Origin: Eledone cirrhosa
Lineage: Eukaryota
Length of the DNA stretch: 64,000 nucleotides
Assembly (NCBI GenBank): GCA_964016885.1
Contig: OZ024742.1
Location: forward strand, 244,652,001 to 244,716,000
Direction of reading: 5' to 3'
The notes beneath the pieces are model-generated. The model was not told where the DNA came from. It saw only the letters and a program-made list of their open reading frames with translations, and made no database searches. The translations under genes and the position numbers were made by a program. Positions 34,310 to 47,681 of the stretch are shown here, piece after piece; position 1 is the first letter of the stretch, and the number at the start of each line of letters is the position of its first letter.

Positions 34310-36554
34310 TTTCTATATGATATATTATTTGTTGCTCAACAGAGGAAATTCTATATTTATACACAATACAAGATGGATGAAAAAGTTAGGAGAGTCTATT
34401 GTTGTTAATTTTATATTCAAAGCTTAAAGATCAGTAATTGGTTAGAATATATGGACAAAATGGAAGGAAGATTTAATTTTTTGGGGGAAAAGCTGTACCT
34501 GGCTTTTGTGTAAGAATAGTATAGAAACAGCAAAGTCAGAGAAACAAGAACTATTCCAGTTACCATATACTTCTGCTTATAAGGTTTACCTGTTTCGAGC
34601 CATATTGCAGTATTTTGTTGGTATCATTTGAGCCAATCACCAATTTTATACTTTTCTCAGACCTGCGAAGACAAGTCTTTTTTAGAGGTGGCCTTTACTT
34701 GCCTTGTTAGAACTACATCACTGGGTTGTGAGAGTTTTCTTGGGAGCTAACAGTATCGCCCATTGCCCCATCTCTGCTAGTAGTTTACCGCTGTTGATCC
34801 AGGGTTGCTTATCCATCTGGCAGGAGTCTGCTTCTATTGCAACTAACCATCATATCTGGTGGTTAAATCATTATCCACCACATGCAGCCCGTTCTGTAGC
34901 AGAAAAGCTCTGCTGAGAATATATATATATACAGGGGCTAACTATAGCTTGAACTACAGCTAACAGACTGGTCATTCTCTTCAGAACCAGAAAATGCCAA
35001 TCCTTTGATCTCAGATGGATGCATCTAAGCTGTTTTGTTGTTCTTAGTTTGTTGGTGATTTCAAGGACAAATTCTCAGCAAAGGGAAAGCAGATGTAGAC
35101 CATTTTAGTTCATTTGTTCCATTCCATGTGGGCCAAGATTACCAGGCCAGGTTTGATGGTCAGCATCCTCTCAAGAATTGAAGTTTGTCCTGTTTAATCT
35201 TTGAGATGACTGTACACAATTACTCATAAAACTCATTACTCTCTTGTCTGGAGCAGACATTATTGGAATATAACAACTGACTAATGTCAAGAGAGTGCTA
35301 TGGTCCAGTCAGTGAATCCAAAAGGAAAAGTAAAAGATAGGGAATTCAAAGTTGAGTTTTGATGGCAATGGCAATACCCGATAGACATATATTTTCTTCA
35401 CTCTTACTGATCCAGAGGAAAGTGCATCCTCCAACAATTTCTTCCAGTTGAGAAGTTTCAATGTTATATTTATGTAGAACAATATATTATTGCCATTTTC
35501 CATTCTGGGGTGGAACTTTTATCTTGAAGTGTATGTACATTCCAGGGACTAAGGTTTAAATACTTGTTATAGCTTGTACTGCTGTACTAGATAACCAGAC
35601 AGCTGCAGCAGGCTGTTGAGTTAGAGATAAGGGCATGCAATGTTAGGGACCCCTTTTTTGTCCCCTCCCAGGCATAAAGAAAGCAGTGTTATATCTAAAT
35701 AGATCTGTTTTGGCACCATTGGAGGACACGACCAACTCAATTGCCCAAGGTTTTATACGAGTGGCCATCAGCATGTGGAACTGCAGTGAGAGACTACTTG
35801 TAATATCCTTTACTCTCTTGCCTGTGGACATTTCCTTTGCTTTTGGTGGAATAGTGAGTAGTGGTGGGATTGCTGATGTAATAATATGGCTGTTATACTA
35901 CCCACAGAGATAATTTGTTTTCAGTTGTGAAAACGTGTGTAGGACCAGCTACACATTTTGAAATTGCTGATAACAGAAAGTTGATGCAAATGTTTGCTAT
36001 AAACTCAATGAACATACCTCAGGCTTTCTCTTTTAAGAGTTTTCCACCTCCTAGGTGAGTTGCCTTCGCTTTGACTTAGAGTCCAATCCACTCTAGTAGG
36101 CTAAATGCGTGCCTTGATACTAAACAATGAATTTGTAAGTCCTCACAAAAAAATCTGTAGACCGTTTTTTAAAAAGGCATAACAAAAAAAAAAGAAAAAG
36201 TTGAAATTAAAAGGGACTAAAAAATTCCAAGCTAAAACGAATGATTGTCCATTTCATAGAGTAAACAATTATCTTGAGAACCTGCTTTTTACCAAGACTG
36301 ATGCTGCATTTGATTTATAAATCCATTGAAAAAGTTATATTTGACCGGCAGGCTTTGTTTATTTGACGGCCCTCTAGCTTTAGAGCTTCTTAATCTGAGG
36401 GGAAAATTCCTGTCTCGAAAACAAGAAAACAAAGGAAGGGATATGGTGATTGGAAAATATTGAATTGCAAAGATGTCAACAAACTTTTCGTCAATAGAGC
36501 TCAAATTTAGTTGAGATACTCTGGTTTTGTATCGCCTATCTTCTCAAGATTATG

Positions 36555-36755
36555 ATTTCTGAATTAGGCAAAATGGAAGAAGGGAAATGCCGCTTATATC
36601 GACTCCAGTAGTACTTAACTAGTACTTTATTTTATCGACTCTAGGAGAATAAAAGGCAAAGTTAACCTCGGTGGGATTTGAACTTCGAACGTAGAAGTTG
36701 TAATTACCGCAAAAACTTTGTCCGACGCTCTACCTATATTGCCAACTCGCCGCTC
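36555..36755 (-). mobile_element. SINE family A, diverged but CpG-retaining
   Basis: tactttattttatcgac...aaggcaaagttaacctcgg...gatttgaac...gccaactcgccgc. Confidence 0.8.
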
Positions 36756-37789
36756 TTAATTTGACGATAATGAGAACAACAACTCGCCTATTTATATATT
36801 TTGTAAGCAATTCGATAAGAAGGTGGTCGTTGACACAAATCTTTCCGAGATAATGCGCAAAAGAAGCATTATAAATATACAAAATTTATAGAATGAATAG
36901 CAATTATGGATTTATTTTTTCTTTAAAAAAAAAGTAAGTAATATTGCAAGTTTTAACATCTGCAGATTAAAAACAGCTTGCTTGCTTGTAATAATTGGAT
37001 ACATAAAACATATAAACATATATTTGCTTGTTTATCTTTGAAGCAAATTTATCCGCATGTGCTACCTTTATAACATTAGAACTGACTAAAATTCCTTAAA
37101 GAAAAAAAAAATCAATACGATTTCACTGTCAAGACTGTAGAAATCTGAAGTTCATCCTAAGTTATAAAAGTCAGTTGTGTAAGAGATGTTCATCTAATTT
37201 GTGTCACATTCAAAGCTAAATGTGAAATAATGCAACGTTGTGACTAAATCGTGTCAAATAAAACCATGTAAATAATTATATAACATTAACTGATGAAGAA
37301 CGATGCCCTTATTAGCAGGAAAATTATATATGTTGTGGCAGTCGATATAATGTATATATTTCTAATAGGTTGAAGTAGAATGATTTTTCTCATTAAGTAT
37401 ACACGATAAAAACAAAAATATCAGTCTTAATTTTATTCAATCGTTATAATATAGTGCAAATTCTGTCTTGAAATCAAAAGTTGATAATTAGATTTAAAGT
37501 GTTCTAAGTGAAACAATTTTAGTAATTATCTAATAGCATAGCTGAAGAATTTAAACATTGTTATATTTGGGGAGGGTCTAAACATTTCATTTCGTTTCCA
37601 AATGTAGACCATCTCAATTACTAAAACATTAAAACCTGTCACTCATTTTTGTTGCTTATATTTTACACCATAACCCTTTTTTCATTTTTCAATAGAATAG
37701 GATCTATATACGTCTGGTGTTGGCGGGCTCGAGAATGAATACTTAATACCGAAGTAGAGTTTAATAATATTCTTTATTATAGCTAAATA

Positions 37790-37970
37790 ATTTTCTACCT
37801 TAGGCAGAAGGCCAGCAATTTGAAAGGGAGGAGAAAGTTGATTAAATCGACCCCAGTACTTACTGGTGCTTTATTTTATCGAACCCCGTAAGGATGAAAG
37901 GCAAAGCTAACCTCGGCGGGATTTGAACTTAGAACGTAAAGAGCCGTAACTCTATGCTACAAAGCATGGC
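37790..37970 (-). mobile_element. 5'-truncated SINE family A
   Basis: Reverse complement of the family consensus. Confidence 0.85.
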
Positions 37971-38279
37971 TGAGTCTTGTTACTTTTGAATTTCACTTTA
38001 CACAGGTAACAAGACTCATCATTTAGTCATATTAAAGAATATTGTGTATGTGTGCGTTTATAAAATTGAAACGATCGTAGAAATTAATAAAATGATTTGA
38101 AGTATTATCTTTGATTGTTCACTTAAATTAAATTATATATGTATATTACTCAATTACTCCTTCATATAACAACAATTACATTATTTAAATATTTTTGGAT
38201 GTATATGTATATTTTATTCAACAAGCAGATATATGCATTATTTTTACAGATAAAAAGAAATATAATAATAAAATACTTA

Positions 38280-38430
38280 CAGAACGAGAGCACAAACGAA
38301 TAAAATATAAAGGAAGGGGTGGACAACCGAGCCACTACCAGAGCAAAAGATAAAAGATAAGCACAATCGCAAGGAACACTGGGAAACCTCTCTAATGATT
38401 TTTTAGGCAAGCCAGCACGCTGGCAGCTTT
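38280..38430 (-). mobile_element. CRE-like RLE retrotransposon 3' end (family B)
   Basis: Reverse complement matches 42960-43070 (gctgc.agcgtgctggcttgcctaaaaaat.attagag...cttttgctctgg). Confidence 0.75.
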
Positions 38431-38689
38431 ACCTCAGGTGATGCGTTAGAATAACCAAGCGCCATCGCAGCTTTACCTCAGGTGATGCGTTGGAACAACC
38501 AAGCGCCATCGTAGCTTTACCTCAGGTGATGCGTTGGAACAACCAAGCGCCATCGTAGCTTTACCTCAGGTGATGCGTTGGAACAACCAAGCGCCATCGT
38601 AGCTTTACTTCAGGTGATACGTTGGAACAACCAAGCGCCATCGCAGCTTTACCTCAGGTGATGCGTTGGAACAACCAAGCGCCATCGCA
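38423..38689. repeat. 44-bp minisatellite, 6 units
   Basis: Unit gcagctttacctcaggtgatgcgttggaacaaccaagcgccatc at 38423, 38467, 38511, 38555, 38599, 38643. Confidence 0.95.
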
Positions 38690-39594
38690 ATTGTATGGGA
38701 TTTTACATGTTTCCACTTTTTAGTTATGGCACATTCCATTTTCGTTTCAATGGTTGTTCAGCGGCTAGTACTTCGGTTTTTCGTGACATATTTTCAGCTG
38801 TGCCTTCCTTCTTTTCCTGACCCAGCAGACATTACTCAATTGCCTGCATGACCATTCCGCCTCTGGTCTATTTACCATTTTGTTTTTATGGCTCACTCAG
38901 AGGAAGAAGGCCATCATCCTTGATCATTATCAGAGCTTCTGAAACTGATGAGGGGAAATTATTCTCTAAAAAAAGACTTAGTCGGAATGTTTGCAACAGA
39001 GTTGACTCCACTAAAAGCACACAAGGTACGGGTGGTGGTGTTAAACCGAGCGACGGGATTAAGTCTACCACCTAATAACATGAATGAGATTTTTTTCACA
39101 AAACTTGCTTAAGAGGCCTTTAGTAAGTAAGCACCACATTTACAATTATATCACGTTGGGCGTAAAAAATTGTTTTTCCTATGGTCTAACTAAAACATGA
39201 ATAAATTCCGACGGTTTTGAAAGCCAGAATCATTCAAAAGACAAAAAAAAAAAAAAAACGATAGGAAGACATAAATTCTACCCCCAATGCAAGACCGATG
39301 TAATTGTAAAGTTTACCTTATTTATTTTTTACAAATTTTAATCTTCAAAACTTTATCTAAATATTTAATATATTTATCTTATCTACCAAAACAAAATAAA
39401 AAAAATTACTTAAGTGAATTTAGCCAATGTTTCATGATACACAGTTTACTTCTAGGAATTTGACACATTAAAAAAATGGCACAACTGATGAACTTAAAAT
39501 CATATATTAACATTTTCCAGTTTGTATATTATTCGACTGTATTCTGTTCATCATATGGAAAAAATAATTCCATCAGTTTCCCATAAAACTCAAA

Positions 39595-39870
39595 CTGTAC
39601 AAGTCCATGGTAACTTCGATCTTTCCGTATGGGTGCGAAATCAGGATACTCAGAACTGACATGGAACGAATAATTCAGGTATTTCAACACAAGACTTTTA
39701 GAAGGCTTCTACACATCTCATACTGAGCAAAAGACATCTCAGTGGGCAGCAAGCCGCCAAATATGCTGGCATTCTTTGCAAAAGTGAAAAGTCGAAAGCT
39801 CGGACAAATATCTCGTCACGATTCCCGGTTTAAAACCATTCTCCAACACACAGTTGATGGAGAGTAAAGT
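39595..39870 (+). mobile_element. Decayed RTE (BovB-like) fragment
   Basis: SIFPYGCEIRIL..DMERIIQVFQHKTFRRLLHISY ... VKSRKL ... RHDS..KTILQHTVDG. Confidence 0.65.
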
Positions 39871-40940
39871 AGAAAGTTAAGGGGACATTTTGATAATAAT
39901 GCAGTCCACCACCTGAATTGTGTCTGGACAATGTTGATACGTAACTTTTAGTTGATATGTATATTTAACAAACCATTCTCCTCCAGTCGCACCCTACTCA
40001 GCAAGACGGCAGAACAAGACATGACAGAAGAACTGAAGCAGGCCAACTAGTCCAGCAAAAATCTCTCCGTCCCCCAGTATACAAATGTCCAACGTAACTG
40101 GGACGACATCGAGTGCAGGTCTACCTTCAAGCGGATCGAGTCTGACTTGGACCAACACCACCTTGCAGCCAAACAGCGTGCATCGCTGGCCATTGTCCGT
40201 GGAAATTCCTTTGCCATTTTATCCGCGGAGTGCAGCTGTAACGCTGCTCTGACCTAGGTGTAGAGTTTGTCACCCTCTCCCCTTTCTTCCTTTGTCTATT
40301 AGTCCTTACTCTTCCCTCTTTTTCTTCTCATTTATGTCACATATAGTCCTTTCCAATGCTGCTCTCTTTGGGTATGTTTAATCAAATAAAAAATTATTCC
40401 GTTTATGTATATAATTTATATGAGTTGTGCCATTTTTCCTATTTTTTTTCTACTTGTGCCATTTTTACGGTGAAAGTTTTAACTAAATTCGTTTTCTTTT
40501 CTTTTTTTTAATCTGTTGCCAATACTGTGTTGGTTGGAAAAGAATTTTTCATTTAATGTTTTGTTAAAGTTATGATGGCTTGGATTTTCTATAAAATGTA
40601 GATATCTGTTCCGCAACTTAAGTTTAAAAACCATTGTTTTAGAAAATGTAACGCATAGGTATGATACTTTTCTTTTTAATATCTATAAAATATGATTTAG
40701 TCAAAAATATTCTCACTGAATTAACAAATTGAGATACATATATATTCTTATGAAAGAAGGCAAATGCTTAAAGCTTTTGTAAAAGTGAATTATCTTGGTG
40801 TTTCGTCTATTCGCTCATATGTTACGCTTTAGTTACATATACACCCATCTACATAAACAGATACACAGACAACACAAGTACAAACATCTACTCTTACATA
40901 TTCAGAAATAGACATATTATACAAAATAATTATTACATAC

Positions 40941-41392
40941 CAGGGGCGGTGGAACTGGAGGCATGTCTTCCCGCAATAATTATATATTTTCTCCCAAAAC
41001 TACCAAAACACGCATCTATTTTTATATGCGCTACAATTTATGTACATGTTATGTTTATTGCATACCGAGTTTTTTTTATATCTTGTTTGATATTTGATAA
41101 TATATTGTTAACCTCCATAGTAAATTTTTTTTTTTTTTTGTTTGTCATGCCATAACTTTTTCTCCATTTCTGCACTTATCACTATTGCAAGTATGTGTGT
41201 TCAGAGACAGATTTCATAGGTCATTTTGCTATAATCACTTTATAATTATTGAAAGTTGTAAATGTAATATGACCTGCTTGAACTCGAATTGCATTTTTTG
41301 ACAATTTTAGAATGCAAAGAGCAAAACTAATCACTACCACTAAATTGACTAAATTTGGCCCCTCCAATTCAGAAATGTTTCCACTGCCCCTG
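40941..41392. mobile_element. MITE with 14-bp TIRs and a 5-bp TSD (hAT-like)
   Basis: CAGGGGCGGTGGAA / TTCCACTGCCCCTG; catac on both sides. Confidence 0.7.
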
Positions 41393-41554
41393 CATACACA
41401 CATCTATGTAATGATTGAGGAAGGAAGGAAGGGGCTGGTGACCCGCTTTGAGTGTATGTGCGCATTCGTGTGTTTTCTGTGAGTGTATGTGTGTTTGCGC
41501 GTTTATATTTATATACTCATATATATATATATATATATAAATGTATCTTACCCA

Positions 41555-41880
41555 AGCTCTGCTGCACTTCGGGCTGAGGAGGGTAAACTCTCCAAATATC
41601 GGTCGCTCTCCAACAGGTTTGCAGTCGAGCCCGTAGCAGTGGAGACTTCTGGTGTCCTTGGCCCACCTCCTTACTCACCTCCATCGGCGTAGAGTTGGCT
41701 AACCGTAGGTGTGAGCCTCGCGAGCTGGATTGGTTCTTTCAGTCCATCTCCCTCACCATACTCCTGGGAAACGCCTTCTCTATTCTGTCCGCCGGGGCCG
41801 TGGGGCAGCCAGCTCGTGGGATCCCATTTGGAGAGACGGAGGCGATGACAGTGGGAGTTCGGACCTGGTGTACATGTATG
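41555..41880 (+). mobile_element. CRE-like RLE retrotransposon 3' end (family A)
   Basis: AEEGKLSKY...FAVEPVAVETSGVLGP...ELDWFFQSISLTILLGNAFSIL matches the CRE motif AE..K..KY...P.A.ET.G.....L.QR.S..I.RGNA. Confidence 0.75.
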
Positions 41881-42539
41881 AGTATTTTTACACTATCGAC
41901 ACATAGAGCCCTTGCTTTTCCGTTTTTATTTATATATATATAAATTAATAAAAACAAAGAAACAGTTCCTTATATTAAAAAATTCATCATTTTACGATCG
42001 TTTCTAGGATATATATGTGTGTGTTGGTATGTATATTATATAGATCTATGTAAACATTTTACAAACTATCAGAGGTATGTATATTTATACATACCTTCAC
42101 ATATATATGCTGTCTTCAGTATATTTTGGTAGATTTATCTATCTATATATATATATATATAAGGACGGTGCCCCAGCATAGCCTCAGCTGGATGGCTGGA
42201 ACAGGTAAAAGAGTATACTTACTAATATCAAAACGTATCCCCATATTACAAGATAACATAGACTATTACATTGGATTGTAGATTTAAGGTTAAGCGATGT
42301 CAATTGTATGTCTCTGTTACACACAGGCACACGCTCGAATTCAAACATATACACACACAATTGTAATGAATTATGTGTACAGAGACGTGAGGAAATGAAA
42401 GAACATAGACATACCGTTTCAGAGCGAAATAGACTAATACAACAGGAGAGAAAAGATAATATACAACTAGATGAACGTCTCTTAAATAACTTCTGTTAAT
42501 TTTTTTCGTCCGTGGAATTTCCACGGATCCCGCTAATAA

Positions 42540-42660
42540 CTGTTTCTACTTTTGGCACAAGGCCAGCAATTATCCAGTACATTACTGGTACTTTATTTTA
42601 TCGACCTCGTAAGGATGAAAGGCAAAGTTAACCTCGGCGGAATTTGAACTCAGATCGTAA
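42540..42660 (-). mobile_element. 5'-truncated SINE family A
   Basis: Reverse complement of the family consensus. Confidence 0.85.
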
Positions 42661-42810
42661 CGTTATATACTTTTATTTATATTTCCAATTTGTAAAATGT
42701 CGCTCTCCTTTCTTCGTTATTAGATGTTTACAGTATTAACGTAATCGTTGCAAATCTGCCAATGAGAAATTTTCTAAAGTTTTATTTTAAGATAACTATT
42801 CTTAATATCA

Positions 42811-43200
42811 ATGCCTGTGACGTTCGAGACGTTTGGGAGAGTCGGGTCGTTAATTGCGAGGTTCTTGTCTTTACTGGCGGCTCGCCTAACCAAGGTAACT
42901 GGTGATGCTCGTAAAGGCACTTGGCTGTTCCAACACATTAGCCTCGCCATCACCCGAGGTTACGCTGCGAGCGTGCTGGCTTGCCTAAAAAATTATTAGA
43001 GGTTTTCCAGTGCTCCTCGCGATATAATTATCTTTTGCTCTGGCAGCGGTTCGTTTGTCCACCCCTTTGGCCTACCTTTTGTTGTATGTAGTCCAAGATG
43101 TGTGTATTACCTGCTTGTGTGTGTTTTTTTTTCTTTTTTCCTTTCCCTTTTCTTTCTTTTCCCTCTTTTTATTTGTAATATTATGTTGACAAATAAAGTA
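42811..43200 (+). mobile_element. CRE-like RLE retrotransposon 3' end (family B)
   Basis: PVTFETFGRVG...WLFQHISLAITRGYAASVLACL*, then a UTR ending aataaa. Confidence 0.75.
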
Positions 43201-44419
43201 TCACAATTTAACCTTTTGTAAAAGAATCCTGAAATTATAATTATTTTCAGTATGTAACAATCTCGCAAAATTACCTGTCATATGATGGCGTACACCCGAG
43301 TATTTTAAGAATATTGAATTCTAAGATTCCAAGTTCGATATTAATCCTTTTAAGCATTTTTTAAAATATGAGTGGATTAGATATCGTGATTTATTTTATT
43401 TTTATATAACTTCCACTATGCCAAACAACACTAATGCAGAACCCCCTTAATCAACTGAGCTGAAAATATGTGCTACTTGTTTATCCATAGGTCAACTATA
43501 ATCGTATAGAGCAGAGGTTCTCAAACTTTTTGGGCCACCGCCTCCCTCAAGCCCACTAACCCTATTTCCAGAAAGACCTGCCTACACGCAAATTGTAAAT
43601 AATATATAATAAAATCGTTAATTTATGTATAATAAATAATATGTATATACTATGTATCATTTGATATTTAATATACTATTATATTATTATATCATCTCTA
43701 CCGCCCCTTTAGGCTCCAGCGCCCCCTGAACTTTCTCAATGCCCCTCTGGTGTAGACCTATTGGCAGCGAATTGGCCAAGTCGTTAGAATGTCGGACAGA
43801 ATGCTTTACTGATTTGTTCAGGCTCTCTGGGCTCAAAACCTGCCGAAGTTAACTTTGCCTTTCATCTTTTCATTGTTGCTAAAAAAGTACCAGTCCAGAT
43901 CTGGTGTCGATTCTTCCTCTATATTTCTTTGATTTCTTCTTGATCATTCACTTTCTCCTTCTCTAGAAGAGATCAGACCCGGACACACTATAACGTACAC
44001 CAGATTTTAAATGTTATAGGTTCATACATACATTTTAGTTCTGATCATCCAATTTTTGGGGGAAATATTCAGCACTACATTATCTAGTTTCAAAAATTCA
44101 CTCCCGCTTCACTTCAAGAAAATTGAAAATTGAACATTTCTAGCAGTGGCTAGAAAATTTGTCGGATTTATGGGACCCCAAAGATTTTTGCTACCATAAT
44201 ACGCAAGAACCCCCCCCCCCCCCCGGACGAAATTTTCAGCAAACTTAATCCACTCTTTGTTTCTAGGTAAAATGAAAACGTTTGCTTGCTCACTTTTGTT
44301 AAAATTTATATTATATCTGGTAAAAAAAAAAATTGATGGGAGATAATGAAAGTTTTTGTATTATACACATGGCTGGATTTAGAACTTGGATCGCTTGTAC
44401 ATAAAAAAAATAGATACAC

Positions 44420-45240
44420 AACAAACCAAATAGTGTTCTGGCAGACCATCCACCGACTTCATAATAAAAAGTCCTCCTTCACACTTGCTATCAAGAATGC
44501 ATCTATGGTTCTCCAGGTTTCAGAGAGGTGCAACCTCATGAGGTGGAGAGAATACTTTAATGATCTCCTAAACCTGATCACAACTCCTTCTGATGAACAT
44601 GAGGTGCATCTCGGAGCGGTGACTAATCTCTCTGAGACTAAGGTCACATCCAGATTAATAACCTTTTAGTTATCAATCCAGCGAAAACTAGCTCTGGTTC
44701 TATGAAAGAAAGCCACCCATTTTAAAGGTTTCCAATTTAAATTAAAATCTTCCAACATAATTTTAGATTAAGTTACTACATTGTTACATTAAGTTACTAT
44801 CTTAGTAATGAAACAATTTAAAATTTTAATAAATCCCTCAAAATTCTTCATTAATTAATTGAAACAGTATGTTTTTCATTAGAAATGCGATCATGAAAGT
44901 GTTAAATAGAGAATGTATTCTCTGGTCGACTATTGTCTGCCCGGTGACCTGCATCTCTGGAAATTTTCAAAAAGGGAGACGAGAGATTGTTCTAATTGTT
45001 AAGCCTCCTCAGTAAAGTCTGCGCTAAGTGTCTGACAAAGATATGCAGGGACATTGATGAACAGTGCAGTTTTCGCCCCAGATGCAGCATAGCTGACTAA
45101 TTATTCACACTGTAGCAGGGCTTCATGAAATTGTGGGAGTGTTGCCAAGAGGTACATTCTTGTTTTGTAGACCTCGAAAAGGCATAAGACTGCGTTCTGT
45201 GGGTTCTGCAGGAGTATGGGATTGATGGTTAGCTTCTTGC
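44420..45240 (+). mobile_element. Expander-like RTE fragments (linker and RT N-terminus), interrupted
   Basis: VFWQTIHRLHNKK...RWREYFNDLLN and a FVDLEKA*D-like segment; homologous to the reverse complement of 48750-49320. Confidence 0.65.
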
Positions 45241-45364
45241 TACACTTTGTATCTATACGAATATCCAAGTAGAAAAGTTCAACAAAAAAAAAAAAATAAT
45301 AAAACTATATCTATGGTTTTGCTATGCACTTCTGTCAATAATTGACAAACATTATTTGAATCTA

Positions 45365-45550
45365 AGGGCGGTGGATTGGCAGTATCGGTAGAGGGTCGGA
45401 CGCCATGCTTTCCAGAATAGTTACGTTCCTTAACGATCTGAGTTCAAATCCCGCCGAGGTTGACTTTACCTTTCATCCTTACGGGGTCGATAAAATAAAG
45501 TACCAGTAATGCACTGTGTAATTGCTGGCCTTGTGCCTAAAGTAGAAACA
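45365..45550 (+). mobile_element. Full-length SINE family A
   Basis: Consensus-like; TSD attatttgaatcta. Confidence 0.9.
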
Positions 45551-46003
45551 ATTATTTGAATCTATGAGATTTTGATGTTTATTTTGAGAACAATACCTTA
45601 ATGTCAATATGAGCGGTTGGTTACAGCCGGTTTGAACAGAAAGAGGTGAATTCTGGCCAGATAAGGCCAGTTTAAATGCTAATGGGTTAAGGTGGTATAG
45701 TGTGTTTTTTGGAGTGTGAGATTTAGTTGCTATTTCTAGCGGGTTGAGTGAATGTGTAAAGGTTTGATGGTTTCAAAATAACCTTGTTTCTTCACGTGTC
45801 TCTTGGTCACATGACACAATATGTCGTCTGCTTTTGACATTTAGTCATCACACTGTCTAGATTACCTTTCCCCACCCGTTTGCTGATATCTTGTCTCTCC
45901 TTTTTTGGTTCCAATCATACACTGATTTATAATTAATATGGAGTCTGAAGTGATGGATTTTAACATATTTTGGAAATATGTAGGAGAGAAGAATGTTCTA
46001 CAG

Positions 46004-46139
46004 CAGGCATATCAAACATGCGGCCCGCACAAAGGTTTTTACAGCACGAGCGTAATATAAAATAAAAAAAGATAGTTGGCATGTGTGGCCCTCAGACAAC
46101 ACATATATGACCCATGCGGCCCTCAGTTTGACATGCCTG
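46004..46139. mobile_element. hAT (Charlie-like) MITE
   Basis: TIR CAGGCAT(A/G)TCAAAC; perfect 8-bp TSD ttctacag (45996-46003 and 46140-46147); internal gcggccc motifs. Confidence 0.85.
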
Positions 46140-47681
46140 TTCTACAGGACAGTGTCTGTAACATCAGCCAACTTTGTGCAGAACTATGGTAGGGAAGTTG
46201 TTGGTTGAACATTTTCATGAACCTACAGCTCTACCTGCTAGTCATGTATCTCATCATAAACAGTGTTTTCTTATATGGTATATAGACTGGTATTTTGTAT
46301 ACAGTCCATCAGGTTTGCTCTGTCTAGAGATTTTGGTATTTGTAGTAGCTCCAGGTTAACCCCAATCAAACAGCCATGATCAAAGCCATTCTAGTTATAC
46401 CATCCTAACTTTTTCCATGGCAGCATATTATCTAATCTGTCTTATATATGTGATATCTGTGATATAAGGGAGAAAGCAGTTGTTTAGCTCTTGGTGAACC
46501 TTTATTGATTAGACCTATGATCAAAATCATTCTAGCTATGACTTACTGTTGTTTAGGGATATTTAGTACTACATTATCCAGTGTATCCTTCCATGGTAGG
46601 ATATGATATGACAGAGATTTGTTTGCTTTTCCTAATAGGTTAATTCACTGTATAGAGGCTACCTTCTTGGTTCTGAGAAGGCAGAGTAGAATCAAATAAT
46701 AGTTTAATTTCTTTGGAGTTTATTACATGAGATTGCTGTCAGCTCATCATATGAGCCTAATTGTAGCTATTTTAGCCAATAATTGTTGGGAGTTAATCAA
46801 ATAAGTGAGAGTTTCTTGTTCTTTCCATAACCTCAGAGTTACTCCACTAAACCTAGACACTTTTTCATCAAATATTGCATCATCTATTTGCATTTCACTT
46901 TAGAATCTATTTTAGTTGAAAGTATCTTGAAACAGGAAAGTAATGATCATACATTGCATTTCCTGACACATCCATATGTTTAGAGAAGTATTTAATAATT
47001 GATTGCATTGCTTTGAAAGTAAACGGGTAAGATACACACTAACTTAAAATAATATTTTAAAGTAAATATATATTTAAAAATTAACAATATGAAATGGTTT
47101 TAAACTTTGCAGAATAAAAAACAAATTCAGTAGATAGGCTGTCAGAAAATTCCCTTTCTATCAGAAAGAAAAAAAGAGCCTTATAAAACTAAAACTGATG
47201 CAATGAATAGTATTGCTTATGTGAAGCAGCATCAATAACTAGCTTTGGTAGATTACTTTTAATCCTTACTGTCATAATTCATACTCAACTAAAAAACTGA
47301 CAATTTTTTTAAAAATGTTTTTGAACTGTTTTTATTCTGTCATTCGTTTAACAGACAAAATATTTTAGGGAAATTTGACTTCTTGTCTATCTATCTTCAA
47401 TTTTTATTGTTGAAAAAATGTATTTGGGAATAAACATTATTGAATAATGTTTAACAAGGGATAACTAGTCAAGACTTTAGGATAAGCTGATTGAGTTTAT
47501 ATAATTATGAATTGAACTTAGATTTGTGCAGCAATTGGGACACTTTCAAAGTTTTGTTGCCACTGATTCCTTATTATTTGTTCGAAACAACCAATGAAAT
47601 GGATTTCATACAATTCAAATGGTACTGTGAACATATTAAGTCAAGTAAGTGAGAGTTTTTATTTAATTATTCTTTTAACAA

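Noticed and set aside
34560-35900. Possible decayed CR1-like endonuclease region on the minus strand
   Set aside because: Only a faint DFNH-like hint; motifs too degraded to support a call
38423-38689. CRISPR-like array
   Set aside because: Contiguous 44-bp units without spacers; derived from a CRE-like ORF end
39450-40470. Possible TIR element (aaaaatggcacaact / agttgtgccattttt)
   Set aside because: A 15-bp inverted match, but termini and TSD could not be defined
45365-45460. tRNA genes here and at other A/B-box-containing sites
   Set aside because: These are SINE heads continuing into a shared body and tail with TSDs; no complete cloverleaf is evident
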